Part shown: in pieces, positions 13,041 through 25,656 of the stretch
Numbering within the stretch: position 1 is the first letter of the stretch
Layout: every line of letters begins with the position of its first letter
Assembly (NCBI GenBank): GCA_000004695.1
Contig: CM000153.2
Span: forward strand, 4,960,001-5,024,000
Reading direction: 5' to 3'
Source: Dictyostelium discoideum
Lineage: Eukaryota
Length of the DNA stretch: 64,000 bases
The notes under the pieces: generated by a model
Database searches by the model: none
Told to the model about the DNA's origin: nothing
What the model saw: the letters and a program-made list of their open reading frames with translations, nothing else
Position numbers and translations under genes: made by a program

Positions 13041-13255
13041 AAATAATACGTTTGTGTAAATAATACTTTTGTGTATAATCTCTTGTGTGGTTTAATTATT
13101 GAAAAAAATATATATATACTAACAATAAAAATATACAAAAGATAAAACATCAAACAAATACTTATTTAAATAATAAAAAAGAATAGACAAAAATAAAATA
13201 AAATAAAAAAAAAATGAAAAGACAAAAATAAAAAAAAAGTCAAAACTCTTATATT

Positions 13256-13835
13256 TTAAATATTATTAAAAACTGAATTAACATCTATAAAAAAAATTGG
13301 AAAAATATAAACCATGTAATTATTTTCATTTTCAACAACATCATCACCATCATAATAAACCAAACTTGCAACCAATTCATCAATTTCATTTTGAATATTA
13401 GGATCTAAACAATCTTCATTTTCAATTACTTCAAAAATGAAATTGTTAATACTGAGGTTGTTTTTGAATGTGTCACAAGTTGAAAAGTTGCTAGAGTTAT
13501 TTGAAATTTCATTAATGGTATAATTAAAACTATCATTAACATCGGTTCCTTCTTCTCCACTTTTATCTTCTTTTATATTATTATTAATATTTTTATTATT
13601 AATATTATTATTATTGTTAATATCATTGTTGTTTTTGTTATTGTTATTGTTTGGTTTAGTTGGTGGTGCTATTTCATTATTACTATTATCTTGTTGAGTT
13701 TGATTTGTTTTATTTGAACTGTTACTATCATCACTATTACTATTATTATCATTATTTTTAGATGGTAAGTTTTCAGTTTTGATACCTCCATTTACTGTTT
13801 GTGATTCTAACTTATTATTATCATTATTTTTATTA

Positions 13836-13866
<31 letters not shown>

Positions 13867-13881
13867 AATTATTATTATTAA

Positions 13882-13924
<43 letters not shown>

Positions 13925-15793
13925 TTCATTATTATTATTTTGTTTGGAAATTTTATTAACACCACCTTCAATTAATAATTTATTTTTCTTCTCCATTTTC
14001 TTTTTATTTTTCATTTTTAATTTCATTTTATTTTCATTTTCAATTGTTTTTTGAAGGATTAATTGTTGATCTTGTTCTTTCAAAAATTGTTCTAATTTCT
14101 TTTTATCGTCATCCAATTTTGTAGTATTTAAGGGTTGAGATCTTTGTTTTATCTTTTGTAATTTCCTTTTTTGTTTTTCTTTTTCTTTTTCTAATTTTTC
14201 TTCTAATTCAAATTCTTTTAATAAATCATTTTGAGTTTGAATAAATTGATTATACATTTCTTGGCAAAAATCTCTTTCAATCACTTTTTTAGGATCATCT
14301 TTAAAATGTTCGGGTTTAAAAGTAATTTCAATATGATTTGGAATTGAAAAAACTTTTGGTAAAATTTTTAAAACAGGACCACCTGTAGATTTTAAAGAAC
14401 TTAGTTTTTGACTAAATAACCTTTGAATTTCTTCTGCTTTATTCATTTGTATTGGTGGAGAATATTTGGTTGGAAGATATTTTTTTTTTAGTTTTTCTTT
14501 ACTTAATTTACAAACATTTTTAAGGAATTTATTTACAAAGTAACAATTATCATTATTAAGAATTGGTAAATTGATAGATTCATTATCCAATGTTGAAATG
14601 ATTTCTTGTTTAGATGGAAGATAAAATTTGTTTGTGTTTGGTTCTCCAAATTGAAATATTTCTTTTGTTGATAATGATATATTACAATTATAATAATATT
14701 CTCTTAAAAATGAGCAAACGGATAAACCAATTTCATTACCATTTTTATCTCTTGAATTAAGTTTTTTAAATTTATCATATGATACATATTGTTTTTTCAA
14801 ACAAAGATTAAAAATTCTTTTTGAAAATTTAGTTAATCTACAGAATTTTGGAAGTAAGAAATCAATTTGAGGAATTTCTCCAGAACATGCAGAGATTTCT
14901 ATAATTGCATTTTCAAGATTCATTTCAAAATGGCTTGGTAACATTATATTAAGTAAATCTGATACATCCAAATTTACAATTGAATTCCATTTAAACTTTT
15001 CTAATTTCACTAAAGATTCTAAATCCAACATTAAAATTCTTAGAATCATTATCTTTTTACCAATATTTTTAATTTTATTTGAAATACCATCATTCCCAAC
15101 TTGAGATTTCAACCCAGTTGATACTTTAATATATTCACTAATAATTGAATTATAAATTCTCCATTGATCAATTATTTTGAATTTAAAATGAATGAAACCT
15201 TGAAAACGATCATGGGCTTCACGAATATCAATCATTGGTTTATTATTTGGGACATAATCAATATCGGTGACATCATAATATTGTTTAATTAATAATGCTG
15301 CCACTGTTAAAACATCACTTCTTTTAATTTTTGTAATTAAATAATTTGAAATCTTTGTTTTGAAAAAAGTACTTTTATTATAACCAAATTTTAACAGTAC
15401 TTTATAAAAATCTGGACCATTCTCTTCATAGTTGTCCCATCCACCAGCAAAAATTTGAACCATTAATTCCAATGCATTAATGTCATTCAATTTAATTGCT
15501 TCATCAATTAAATTGAAATTGAATAATAATTTTTTTTCATATAGTATTTCATAGAATTCTCTATCGTGACAATTTAAAAGTAATCTATTAATGTCTTTAA
15601 ATGATAAAACAAATTTACTACCTTGTTTCATTAACTCTTTTAATTTAGAAAATTCTTTTTTTTTTATTAAATCTTTCACTTTATTTGCAAGAGAAGTATC
15701 AATTGGAAAGTCATTTTTAAAAATTTGAAAAGTTTTTTTAGTTTTATTTGCATTATGTGGAGGTACAAAAATTAAAGATTTAAAAGATGACAT
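13256..15793 (-). CDS. Hypothetical 845-aa protein with a central Lys/Glu-rich coiled-coil-like segment and a C-terminal Asn-rich/acidic region
   Basis: This is a single long ORF from ATG 15793. The non-repetitive N-terminal 520 aa have coding-like composition. I recognise no domain. Confidence 0.6.
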
Positions 15794-16361
15794 CTTGAAT
15801 TAAAAAAAAAAAAAAAAAAAAAGATTAATAATTAAATTTTTTAAAAGTATAGTTTTTTTATTTTTAATTTTTTTTTATTTACAATTTTACCTTTTATAAT
15901 TATATTATTAGTTTTTTAATTTTTTAATTATTTTTTAATTTTTTATAATTATTTATTTGTTGAATGTATTTTTGTTAATAGATTTTTTAGTTTTTTTTTT
16001 ACTTTGAATAAATTAATATAAAAGTTAAGTATATAAATCAAAGTGATGTATTAAAAATTATAAATATAAATATAAATAATAATAATAATTAAAAAAAAAA
16101 AAAAATTACAATAAAAACAAAATTAGATGATTATAATTTTTTTTTTACCACTTTTCCCACACCAAGTTTTTTTTTTTTTTTTTTTTAATTCACACCCCAA
16201 CACAATTATGATTTCACCTAATAATTGTGTATGGTGATTATTTTTGTATTCAATTAAAAAAAAAAAGAAACTATTTTTGTAAAGTATATTTTTAGCATTT
16301 AAATTAGTTTGTATTTAATTTAAAAAAAAAACTATTATTAAAATTTTACCCCAGTTATATA

Positions 16362-16395
<34 letters not shown>

Positions 16396-17060
16396 ATCAT
16401 TAATCTTTTTTTTTTTAACTGATGATGTTAAAAAATTCAACCACTAAAATTTCCTTTAATTTTGTATATAAAAAATTCTCACAACCTATTGTATCAATAA
16501 TGTTTACCTCATTTTATATTTAAGAGAAACACTTAATTTGCATCTTAAAGGTTTCCACACAAAGTGTAAATTAATTTTTTATAAGTAGTTGAATAGTAAT
16601 AAAATGAAAAATTTAATCCCAATCATCATTATAAGTACCAATGCTATTTCATTTAAAAAAAAAAAAAATTCAAATTGAAAACAAAGTTAAAAATAAATAA
16701 TTACAAAAACAATGAATGACATTAAATTGTAAAAAAAAAATTAATTGACAATAAATATATTTCCAAACCCATTTTTTTAAATCTGGTTTGGAATCGTTTC
16801 AGATTGTGTGGGTGTGTGTATTTTAAATTTCAAAAAAAAAAAAAAAAAAAAAAAATTAAATAATTAAATTATTATTTTTATGTGACCCAAATGAAAATGA
16901 ATAGTATAAATAATCATTTTTTCTTTTTGAAAATAAACTAATAATAAAAATAATAAAAAAAGTAAAGATAAACATCTCTTAAAATAAAATTAATCTACAG
17001 AAGTCCGTTTTGGTTTTTCTGTTGAAATTGAAAGGTTTATTATTTACAAAAAGGTTTATT

Positions 17061-17099
<39 letters not shown>

Positions 17100-17117
<18 letters not shown>

Positions 17118-18120
17118 TTTTAATAATCAGTTGAAATTGAAAGGTCATACCATTTTTCAGCTTCTAATAAATGTGATTGTAATTGTTGTTTGGCAGCTGA
17201 TAATGAATCAGAGCCAATGAATAAATTATTTGGTAATTCTTCAATTGTTGGTAATTTAATTAAGAGTTCAGCTGCTTTTTCAGGATCGCCTTTTGAATAT
17301 GGTGAGTGTTTATTAAACATTTCAATGAATGATTGAGTTGAGTATTCATCAATTAACTTTGAAGGTACTTGAAAGTTTGATTGTTGACCAGCAACGAAAC
17401 CAGTTCTAAATCCACCTGGACTAACTAATATTACATTCACTCCAAATGCTTTTAACTCTTTTTGTGCAGAGAATGTAATTGCATTAACTGCATGTTTAGT
17501 TGAACTATATGCTGAATAATATTCCATATTATCCCAACCCATTTGAGAGGATATGTTAATTATTAAACCTGATTTTTGTTTTCTAAAATGTGGTGTTGAA
17601 TTTCTTAATAAATTTAAAACACCAAATACATTTACATCATATATCTTTCTAACGTCTGAATCTGATAACTCTTCGATTGAACCTACTAAACCATAACCAG
17701 CATTATTTACTAACACATCAATTCTACCAAATTGTTTAATAGTCTCTTCTACTGCACTCTTTACTGATTCATTATTTGTAATATCAGTTTTAACAATTAA
17801 TAAATTATCTTTTTCAAATTGAATTTCTTTAATCTCTTTTTCAATTTCTTCTGGTCTACGAGTTAATGCTGAAACTTTATAACCATATGTTAATAACTTC
17901 TTTACTAATTCTAAACCAATGCCACTTGATGTTCCTGTGATTAACCAAATCTTTTTATTATTATTATTATTATTTCCAATTAAATCCATTTTAATTTATT
18001 TATTTTAATTTACTTTTTTATTTAAAAATTGAATATTTTTTATTTATTTGTTTATTTAATGTTTTTTATTTTAATGATTAAAAAAAAAAAAAAAAACTTT
18101 TAAATAAGAAACAATATATG

Positions 18121-18163
<43 letters not shown>

Positions 18164-18215
18164 ATTTTTGTCATCTAATTTTTTAATTGTAACAATTAAA
18201 TTGTTGATCTTCTAA
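17100..18215 (-). repeat. Segmental duplication unit B (inverted copy)
   Basis: 18181..18214 (tgtaacaattaaattgttgatcttctaagaacat) is the reverse complement of the conserved upstream motif. It carries an internal deletion relative to copies A and C. Confidence 0.75.
17120..17989 (-). CDS. Short-chain dehydrogenase/reductase, copy B (inverted, diverged N-terminus)
   Basis: The 289-aa ORF is about 98% identical to copies A and C but starts MDLIGNNNNNNKK instead of MNSIENNNNKNNNKNNNK. It also has the substitutions F to L (KLIDEY) and Y to H (NKHSPY). Confidence 0.85.
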   Translation of the reverse strand: MDLIGNNNNNNKKIWLITGTSSGIGLELVKKLLTYGYKVSALTRRPEEIEKEIKEIQFEKDNLLIVKTDITNNESVKSAVEETIKQFGRIDVLVNNAGYGLVGSIEELSDSDVRKIYDVNVFGVLNLLRNSTPHFRKQKSGLIINISSQMGWDNMEYYSAYSSTKHAVNAITFSAQKELKAFGVNVILVSPGGFRTGFVAGQQSNFQVPSKLIDEYSTQSFIEMFNKHSPYSKGDPEKAAELLIKLPTIEELPNNLFIGSDSLSAAKQQLQSHLLEAEKWYDLSISTDY

Positions 18216-18432
18216 GAACATTAAAAAAAAAAAAAAATAACCGCAAATTTATTTTTAAAAAATAAAAAATATCTTCTAAAACATTTTTTTTTATTTTTTT
18301 TTAATATTCTAAGAAGGTGACACAAAAAGATCAACAATTTCTCATTTTTTTTTTGATGTTCTAAGAAGATGACACAAGAAGATCAACAATTTAATTATTA
18401 CAATTTAAAAATTAGATAAAAAAAATGATTTA

Positions 18433-18465
<33 letters not shown>

Positions 18466-18557
18466 GCAAAGATTGATTCCTATTTAAAAGTTTTTTTTTT
18501 ACTCATTAAATAAAAAACATACAAATAATAAATAAATAAATAAATAAATAAATTAAA
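17990..18557. promoter_or_regulatory. Bidirectional promoter region between head-to-head SDR copies B and C, with three copies of the TTCT(T)AGAAGATGACAyAAGAAGATCAaCAATTT motif
   Basis: Motif copies lie at 18181..18214 (reverse complement), 18306..18340 (partial) and 18358..18395. The same motif is at 11884..11925 upstream of copy A. Its core is an AAGAAGAT direct dyad. Confidence 0.35.
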
Positions 18558-19490
18558 ATGAATTCAATTGAAAATAATAATAATAAAAATAATAATAAAA
18601 ATAATAATAAGATTTGGTTAATCACAGGAACATCAAGTGGCATTGGTTTAGAATTAGTAAAGAAGTTGTTAACATATGGTTATAAAGTTTCAGCATTAAC
18701 TCGTAGACCAGAAGAGATTGAAAAAGAGATTAAAGAAATTCAATTTGAAAAAGATAATTTATTAATTGTTAAAACTGATATTACAAATAATGAATCAGTA
18801 AAGAGTGCAGTAGAAGAGACTATTAAACAATTTGGTAGAATTGATGTGTTGGTAAATAATGCTGGTTATGGTTTGGTAGGTTCAATCGAAGAGTTATCAG
18901 ATTCAGACGTTAGAAAGATATATGATGTAAATGTATTTGGTGTTTTAAATTTATTAAGAAATTCAACACCACATTTTAGAAAACAAAAATCAGGTTTAAT
19001 AATTAACATATCCTCTCAAATGGGTTGGGATAATATGGAATATTATTCAGCATATAGTTCAACTAAACATGCAGTTAATGCAATTACATTCTCTGCACAA
19101 AAAGAGTTAAAAGCATTTGGAGTGAATGTAATATTAGTTAGTCCAGGTGGATTTAGAACTGGTTTCGTTGCTGGTCAACAATCAAACTTTCAAGTACCTT
19201 CAAAATTTATTGATGAATATTCAACTCAATCATTCATTGAAATGTTTAATAAATATTCACCATATTCAAAAGGCGATCCTGAAAAAGCAGCTGAACTCTT
19301 AATTAAATTACCAACAATTGAAGAATTACCAAATAATTTATTCATTGGCTCTGATTCATTATCAGCTGCCAAACAACAATTACAATCACATTTATTAGAA
19401 GCTGAAAAATGGTATGACCTTTCAATTTCAACTGATTACTAAAGATATTAGAAAAATAAATAATAAAATTAAATAAACCTTTTTGTAAAT
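18346..19490 (+). repeat. Segmental duplication unit C
   Basis: It is a direct repeat of 11870..13040 and includes the upstream promoter-like motif. The flanks diverge at both ends. Confidence 0.8.
18558..19442 (+). CDS. Short-chain dehydrogenase/reductase, copy C
   Basis: The 294-aa ORF differs from copy A by one residue near the C-terminus (EKWYDLS versus EKWSDLS). Confidence 0.85.
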   Translation: MNSIENNNNKNNNKNNNKIWLITGTSSGIGLELVKKLLTYGYKVSALTRRPEEIEKEIKEIQFEKDNLLIVKTDITNNESVKSAVEETIKQFGRIDVLVNNAGYGLVGSIEELSDSDVRKIYDVNVFGVLNLLRNSTPHFRKQKSGLIINISSQMGWDNMEYYSAYSSTKHAVNAITFSAQKELKAFGVNVILVSPGGFRTGFVAGQQSNFQVPSKFIDEYSTQSFIEMFNKYSPYSKGDPEKAAELLIKLPTIEELPNNLFIGSDSLSAAKQQLQSHLLEAEKWYDLSISTDY

Positions 19491-20914
19491 AATAAAACCT
19501 TTTAATTTCATTAAAAAAAAAAAAAAAAACAATAATAAATAAAAAAAAAAGATAACATGTTTGGTATGTTCGGTGGATTTATGTCACCCCTTAAGAACCC
19601 CTTTGGCCACTTCATCTCAATGGATGGAAACTATAATCTTTTCCAATCAACCCTATAGCTTGTAGTCACACAAACAGACTGTCTTCAAATTCATCTAATG
19701 GATTTGATGATTGAATTGTCCAGTAAGGAATATAGAATATGGTCTTTTTTTTATTAAAAAAATGAAAATATTAAAATAAAATGATTTTATTAGAATTTTT
19801 TATTATTTTTATTTATTACTATTATTATTATTATTATTATCATTATTATTATTATTATTATTATTATAATTATTTTTATAAAATAAATATTAATTAAAAA
19901 AATTAGTTTCCCTTTTAAACAAAAATCGATCAAAACTTGATGTAGAATTTTAATTTTAGAATAATATAACCAAATCAAATATTTATTTAAATTTTATGAA
20001 ATTATAAATAAAAATGGTGAAATTGGATTTGATTTACATTTTTCTAAAATTAAAATCCAACGACAAGTTTTGATGAATTATAATGTATTTTAAAGAGAAG
20101 ATGGCTTTTTTCATTAATTATCTACGAAATAATTTTGTAATATCATTATTAACTTTTGATTTGAAGGTTATGGATTTATGTATATCAATAGTATCCCAAA
20201 ATAATTACATCAAATGGTGTCAGCAAAGCCATGGCATCTTTCTTTGATGGAGTTAACTTGAGTACTTTGGTTATAACCATCGTTAACTTTCAAACCATAA
20301 TAATTTTTAATTTTACCAAATCATATTTAATATTTGGTTTGAAAATTAACGATGGTTATAACCAAAGTATATATTTAACTTTCAAAAATGATGGATCCCT
20401 ATGTTTCAATTACATATAAACCAAAATCAACTAAATCAAATTTAAAACAATTAATTATTTTTATAAATAAAATTAATGAAAAAATAAAAATAAAATAAAA
20501 TAAAACTTACTTTGTAATTTGGATTTTCAATCAAAGAATTACTATTTATTAAATCTATTTATTATTATTTTTATTATTATTATTGTTTTAATTCTTGTAT
20601 AATAATTTTTTTTTTTTTTTTTTTTTTTTTCACCATTTTTTAATTATTTTTATTTAATAATATTAATGTGCTACAAGTAACATCCATAAAATAGCAAGTG
20701 GTGTGTTCAAAGGGTAGGAGATTGTGTTTTTTTTTTAGGGTGTGGGAAAATTTTTTGAAAAAAAAAAAATAAAAAAAAACTAAATCAAAATCAATATTTC
20801 ATATTAATTTGGTTTTACTATAAAAACACTCAAGCAAATTATAAAACAAAAAAATTTGATAATAATTGTTTCTGGTGTTGTTTTTTTTGAAACCTTGTTT
20901 TATTATTCGGTTTT

Positions 20915-20952
<38 letters not shown>

Positions 20953-21319
20953 TAAACAAATAAATGATGGATTTTCTTTATTTTTTTACCACAAAAATAA
21001 ATTATTTTAAAAAAGGTTGCTATATTGCAGCATTTTTTTTTTTTTTTTTTTTTTTTGTTTTTTTTGAAAACCAAATAATAAAAAAAAAAAAAAAAAAAGA
21101 TATAATTATTCTAATAATGATACTATTATTTAAAAAATAAAGAAAAATATTAAAAGAAAAAGTAGCCAACAATCTAAACAAAACATTGGATATAAAAATT
21201 CTTTAGATTAATTAAGTATTAGATAAATTTATTTGTAAACATTAATGATGATAGTAATAAATAAAAGCCAGTTATTATTTTGTAATTTCCCATATCTCAA
21301 AAACCCTTTTGTTGTGTTG

Positions 21320-21490
21320 TTTACCTCAATTTTTTTTTGTGTGGGTTGATTTCGGAAAAATTTGGGGGTTGCCATTCAATTTTTTTTTGTGGTAGTGTGG
21401 GTTAATTTCAAATAAATTTGGGGGTTGGCACCCAATCTCAATTTTTTTTATTTTTTTTGTGTGACAGTGTGTGGTTTAATTTCCAAAAAA
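21320..21490. repeat. About three tandem copies of a ~56-bp unit (caattttttttt gtg(g)tagtgtgggtt(a/g)atttc...aaatttgggggttg)
   Basis: Successive units start near 21324, 21371 and 21427. They are G-containing islands in otherwise poly-A/T DNA. Confidence 0.6.
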
Positions 21491-22215
21491 AACTATTTTG
21501 TAAACTGACTAGAAAAATAAAAATAGATTTATTGCAACATAATGAATCATGTGACGGTATATTTGGTAGTTGGATTTTTATTTTACAGATAAATAGTAAA
21601 CATACAATAAATATACATCACCAATTTTATTTTTTTAACCCAATAACCAAAATTGAATAAAAAAAAAATTAAAAAAATTAAAAAATAAATTGTTATAATA
21701 AATCTTTGAATGAGATAAAGGAAAATTAAAAAAAATAAAAATAAAAATAAAAATAAAAATAAAAATAAAAAAAAAAAAAAAAAAAATCTGGAACTTCAAA
21801 TAGTTTGTATTATGATTTAATTAAGTTATAGTTGTAATTATTTTTTATAAAGCATGAGCTTCATTGTATTATTAAGTTGAAGGTAAAAAAAAAAAAGATA
21901 TTTTATTTTTGTTAGAAAAAAAAAAAAACATTTTGTTTTTAAATTTGATTTGTTTTAATTTTTTTTTTTTTTTTTTTTGCATAAAATTTAAAAAATAATT
22001 GAGTAATTATTTGCTTTTTTTTTATTTATTTATTTATTTGTTTTAAATATATTAGAAGTAAAAGAAAAAAATTGTAGATAGATATTGAAGATGAGATGAT
22101 ACAAGAACAAAAACAATTACAAGATATAAATTGATTATTTGATTATAGATTGGTGAATTTGGTTTAGGTTTAATTTAGAATTGGATATTATTGGATTTGA
22201 ATTTGGAAATAGTAT

Positions 22216-22558
22216 TTAATCAGTATGTTCTTTGAAACAACATCTAATGAGTGGGAGTCTAGATAATTTCTTTCCTAAATCATAGAAATAACTTTTATTT
22301 GGTTTTGGAGCGCTTTCATAACCAAATGAATAATGTTTAGCGATTTCAGCAGCATGTTTCTCACGAAGTTTAAGACGTAGATTATCAACTGATCTAAATG
22401 CTTTTCTGGCTCTTCTCTCTTCAATATATTTTTCAACCTGTGTTTTAATAGCAAAGAAAATTAATGCTAAAAATATTATAATTGCAACAATACCGATATA
22501 CATTTCATTTGGAAATCCTGATGACTTATTTTCACTATAACTAATTGTTGATTCATCT

Positions 22559-22595
<37 letters not shown>

Positions 22596-25142
22596 TTAAT
22601 TTTCAAAAGTAATAAATAAATAATAGTAGATATAGAGAGAGAGAGATATCATAGGTATTTATAACTTACATTTAAATTGGAAAATTTGAGCAATAAAGTA
22701 TTGACCATCAACAGAGATACTGATATTGAATTTAGTATTGGAGTAGTTATATTTTAGCATTTCATCATAGTTGGTTACATTACAGGTTAAACTAGAATAA
22801 GTGTGAATGTTGATTTCAGGTTGTGTACATGGTTTACCATCGATTAGAATTTCAAGATTTGCATCACCAAATGATGTACCATATATAGTGATTAAAGCAG
22901 TTTGATCAATATCTGATGTATTTGTAATGGTTGGAGGAGCAAATGTATAGTTTGAATAACCAGTAATTGACGATTGGTAGACTTTTTCAGTGGCAGAATT
23001 TGAACTAGAGATTATTAATGGTTTAGAGCCAGATGTATAGTATGGTGAAAGCGATTTAAGATTTGGTAAAATTACACATTCAATGGTTGTTACATTGATT
23101 GAAGAGATATTACATGGTACTTTACCAATTGTAATGGTTGTAGTATCTTTGGTATAGTTAAAAAAGTAATGACCATTAATAGTAACCATTCCACCACCAC
23201 ATGGTACTGCAGGATTATTATTTTCAATAACAGGTTTCAAAGTGAATGGACCAGCCATATTACTAATTTGATCGCCAAGTTGGAATAGATAGCTTGCAGT
23301 GTTTTTATTTCCTGCTGGATATTGAAACGTAAGAAGATTATGACTACTTTCTACTACTGTACCATTTGCTCTACTGCCATCGAGATAAACAACAGTTATA
23401 ATTGAATTGCTAACGGATTCACCGAGATTATTGCCATTAATTTGAATAGTACCATCTTTTTCTTGATCACTTGATGCGAGGTATGGAGGATTGTAACTAA
23501 CGACGAACGAACCAACTGGTAAAAGATTATAGTAAACATTCATCGTGTGGCTTGAACCGAAACCAGATTTCAAAACACAGGTGAAGGATAAACCATCGCC
23601 ATCTTTCAATGGATCACAAATAGGACCGCCAGGCTCACTCTTAACTGTTAGTGGAACATCTCTACCATCAGAATCTACAGTTCTCATAAAGATACCACTG
23701 ATTATCAAATCACCACCAATTGTATTTGATTTGAAGCTTTGGCCAGCAGTAATGGTTGGAGTGATCTTGAAATTATATCTTGGAGATGTAAATGATTTAC
23801 TACCACCATCACCAACAATAAGATTCATAAAACCAGGTTGTGTATTATTTGGTAGGAATATGAAAATGGTATTATTACTTTCAATAAAAAATCCAGGTTC
23901 TTCTAAAGTTGGAGTAGGCTTTTTCAAAATATTAGTTTTAATATTCGCACCAGTAATTATTGTCATACTAATTACACCAGAGAAATATACACCAGATACA
24001 TTGAAAATCTGTGAAGTACCCCTTTGTGAAACACCTTGAATTAATGGAAGATCATATGATATTTTAATTGTATTTGTTGTGTATTTACCAATCTATATAA
24101 AAAACATCATTTTAAAAAAAGAATTAGTAATTTGATTGTTATGGTTTATATATTATGATTTACTTACAGTTACATTAAGAGGAACATCATAACCAGAACC
24201 ACCATATTCTGAACGACTTGGTATGGAACATATTACACTTTTTGAAGTACCAGCGAAACAACTAATAGGTTTACCACCAAAATGACCACTTATTGTAGTG
24301 CTTGGATTCACACTTAGATGGTCTCCTGTGAAAGTTAAATTACCACCATTATCATTAAGTACTCCTTCCATTACAGTGATTATTGGTAAAAATGTGTAAA
24401 GATAACTTTTATAAAATACATCACATATTGTTACATCAATGGTCCAGTTACCTTGATACTGTGATTCAGGTAATGAAAATACTATGGTGGAGTGAGTAGA
24501 ATCTAGGTTTCCAGTTGGGTTGAGGTTTTCAACGGGATCATTTGAATTAATTTTAATTTGGGTGTTGTAAAGGTTACTTCCTTGAATGGTAATATTTCCT
24601 TGGTCATCGATTGTTGGTTTATTTGGTATATCTCCAGTTTGATATGAAGCATTATAAATTACTCTTGAGCCTGAATTTATAATTAAATCTCCACAGCCTG
24701 GTTGTATTCTCATGGTGAACTGGTCTAAATTGATATTGTATGGTGTTACAATTTTGTTTGCTATATTCAAAGGTTTTATTCTACCATAAACACTTGTACA
24801 AGGATAGTTATATGTGAAATTAACGGATCCTCCTATTGTGGGGACAGATGGAAGGGATGGGATTTCTGGTAAAAAATAAATATCATAGGTATAATCACAA
24901 AGTCTATCCTTGTATGGAAAATTAACAACATCAAAATAAAACTTTCCATCAGTGTCCTTTTCCAGTGTTGCATCAGTTCTATTATTTGGATTTAAAAGAA
25001 TGGAAATAACTTGATCATCACATCGGATTTTGGTTATTTTTGTCTCCGGCCTTTCATTGTTTATTAGATAACAATCCGATTTAACAAATAAAAACCTATA
25101 AATAAAAATAAATAAAAAAATAGTTAAATGTTTTAATTTCAT
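22216..25142 (-). CDS. Tgr (tiger) family IPT/TIG-repeat type-I membrane glycoprotein with ~75-aa cytoplasmic tail (tgrB-like); model join(25142..24168,24092..22670,22556..22216), ~912 aa
   Basis: It starts with signal peptide MKLKHLTIFLFIFIYRFLFVKSDC. Introns run from GTAAGT at 24167 to ATAG at 24093 (75 nt) and from GTAAGT at 22669 to AAAG at 22557 (113 nt), both phase-consistent. IPT/TIG-like repeats such as ITIYGTSFGD...IDGKPC are present. The last exon encodes a TM helix IGIVAIIIFLALIFFAI followed by a tail rich in R/K/E. Confidence 0.75.
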
Positions 25143-25170
25143 TCTTTACTAATTACTAATTGCGGGTCAA

Positions 25171-25227
<57 letters not shown>

Positions 25228-25656
25228 AAAAAGAAAAAAAAAAAAAAGGTTGTGTGTTTTGTGTGTGAAAATAATAATTAAAAACAAATAATAAAAAAAT
25301 AAAAAAATATCTGTGTTAAATTATTGAAATACCCCATTCAAAAAAACAACAACACACACACTAACTGATTTTTAGGGTTGAACGTTTTATTTGTTTTTTT
25401 TTTTATTTTTATTTTTATTATAATATTTATTTGATATATTTCTATTTTTAATTCATTATTTTTATTTTTATTTTTATTTTCAATTTTTTTTTTTTTTCAA
25501 ATATTGGATATTTTTTATTTTTTATTATTATTATTATTTTTTTATTTTTATTTTATTTAATTGTTAATATATATTTTTTTAATTATTTATTTTCTTTATT
25601 TATTTATTTATTTTTTTATTTTTTTTTTTTTTTTATTTTTTTTTTGAACACATGAA
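25143..25656. promoter_or_regulatory. Shared intergenic promoter region of the divergent tgrB-like/tgrC-like pair (~0.5 kb)
   Basis: It lies between two start codons on opposite strands. It is AT-homopolymer rich and carries the C-rich island gttgtgtgttttgtgtgtg at 25250..25270 and acaacacacacactaac at 25350. Confidence 0.5.

Noticed and set aside
19558-19662. Short GC-richer ORF MFGMFGGFMSPLKNPFGHFISMDGNYNLFQSTL just after SDR copy C
   Set aside because: It is only 34 codons, with no splice donor to extend it and no homolog at the equivalent position of copy A. It cannot be supported as a gene.
20231-20419. 62-aa ORF MASFFDGVNL...
   Set aside because: It spans the 27-bp inverted repeat in a gene desert and has no coding-like composition. 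It is treated as a structural element instead.
23545-24039. 164-aa plus-strand ORF inside the tgrB-like gene
   Set aside because: It is antisense to a well-supported IPT-domain exon, with no signal of its own. The same applies to 3614..3892, 9084..9305, 9357..9569, 26778..26972, 27672..27932, 28004..28228, 30422..30634, 39769..40017, 48462..48674 and 62280..62768.
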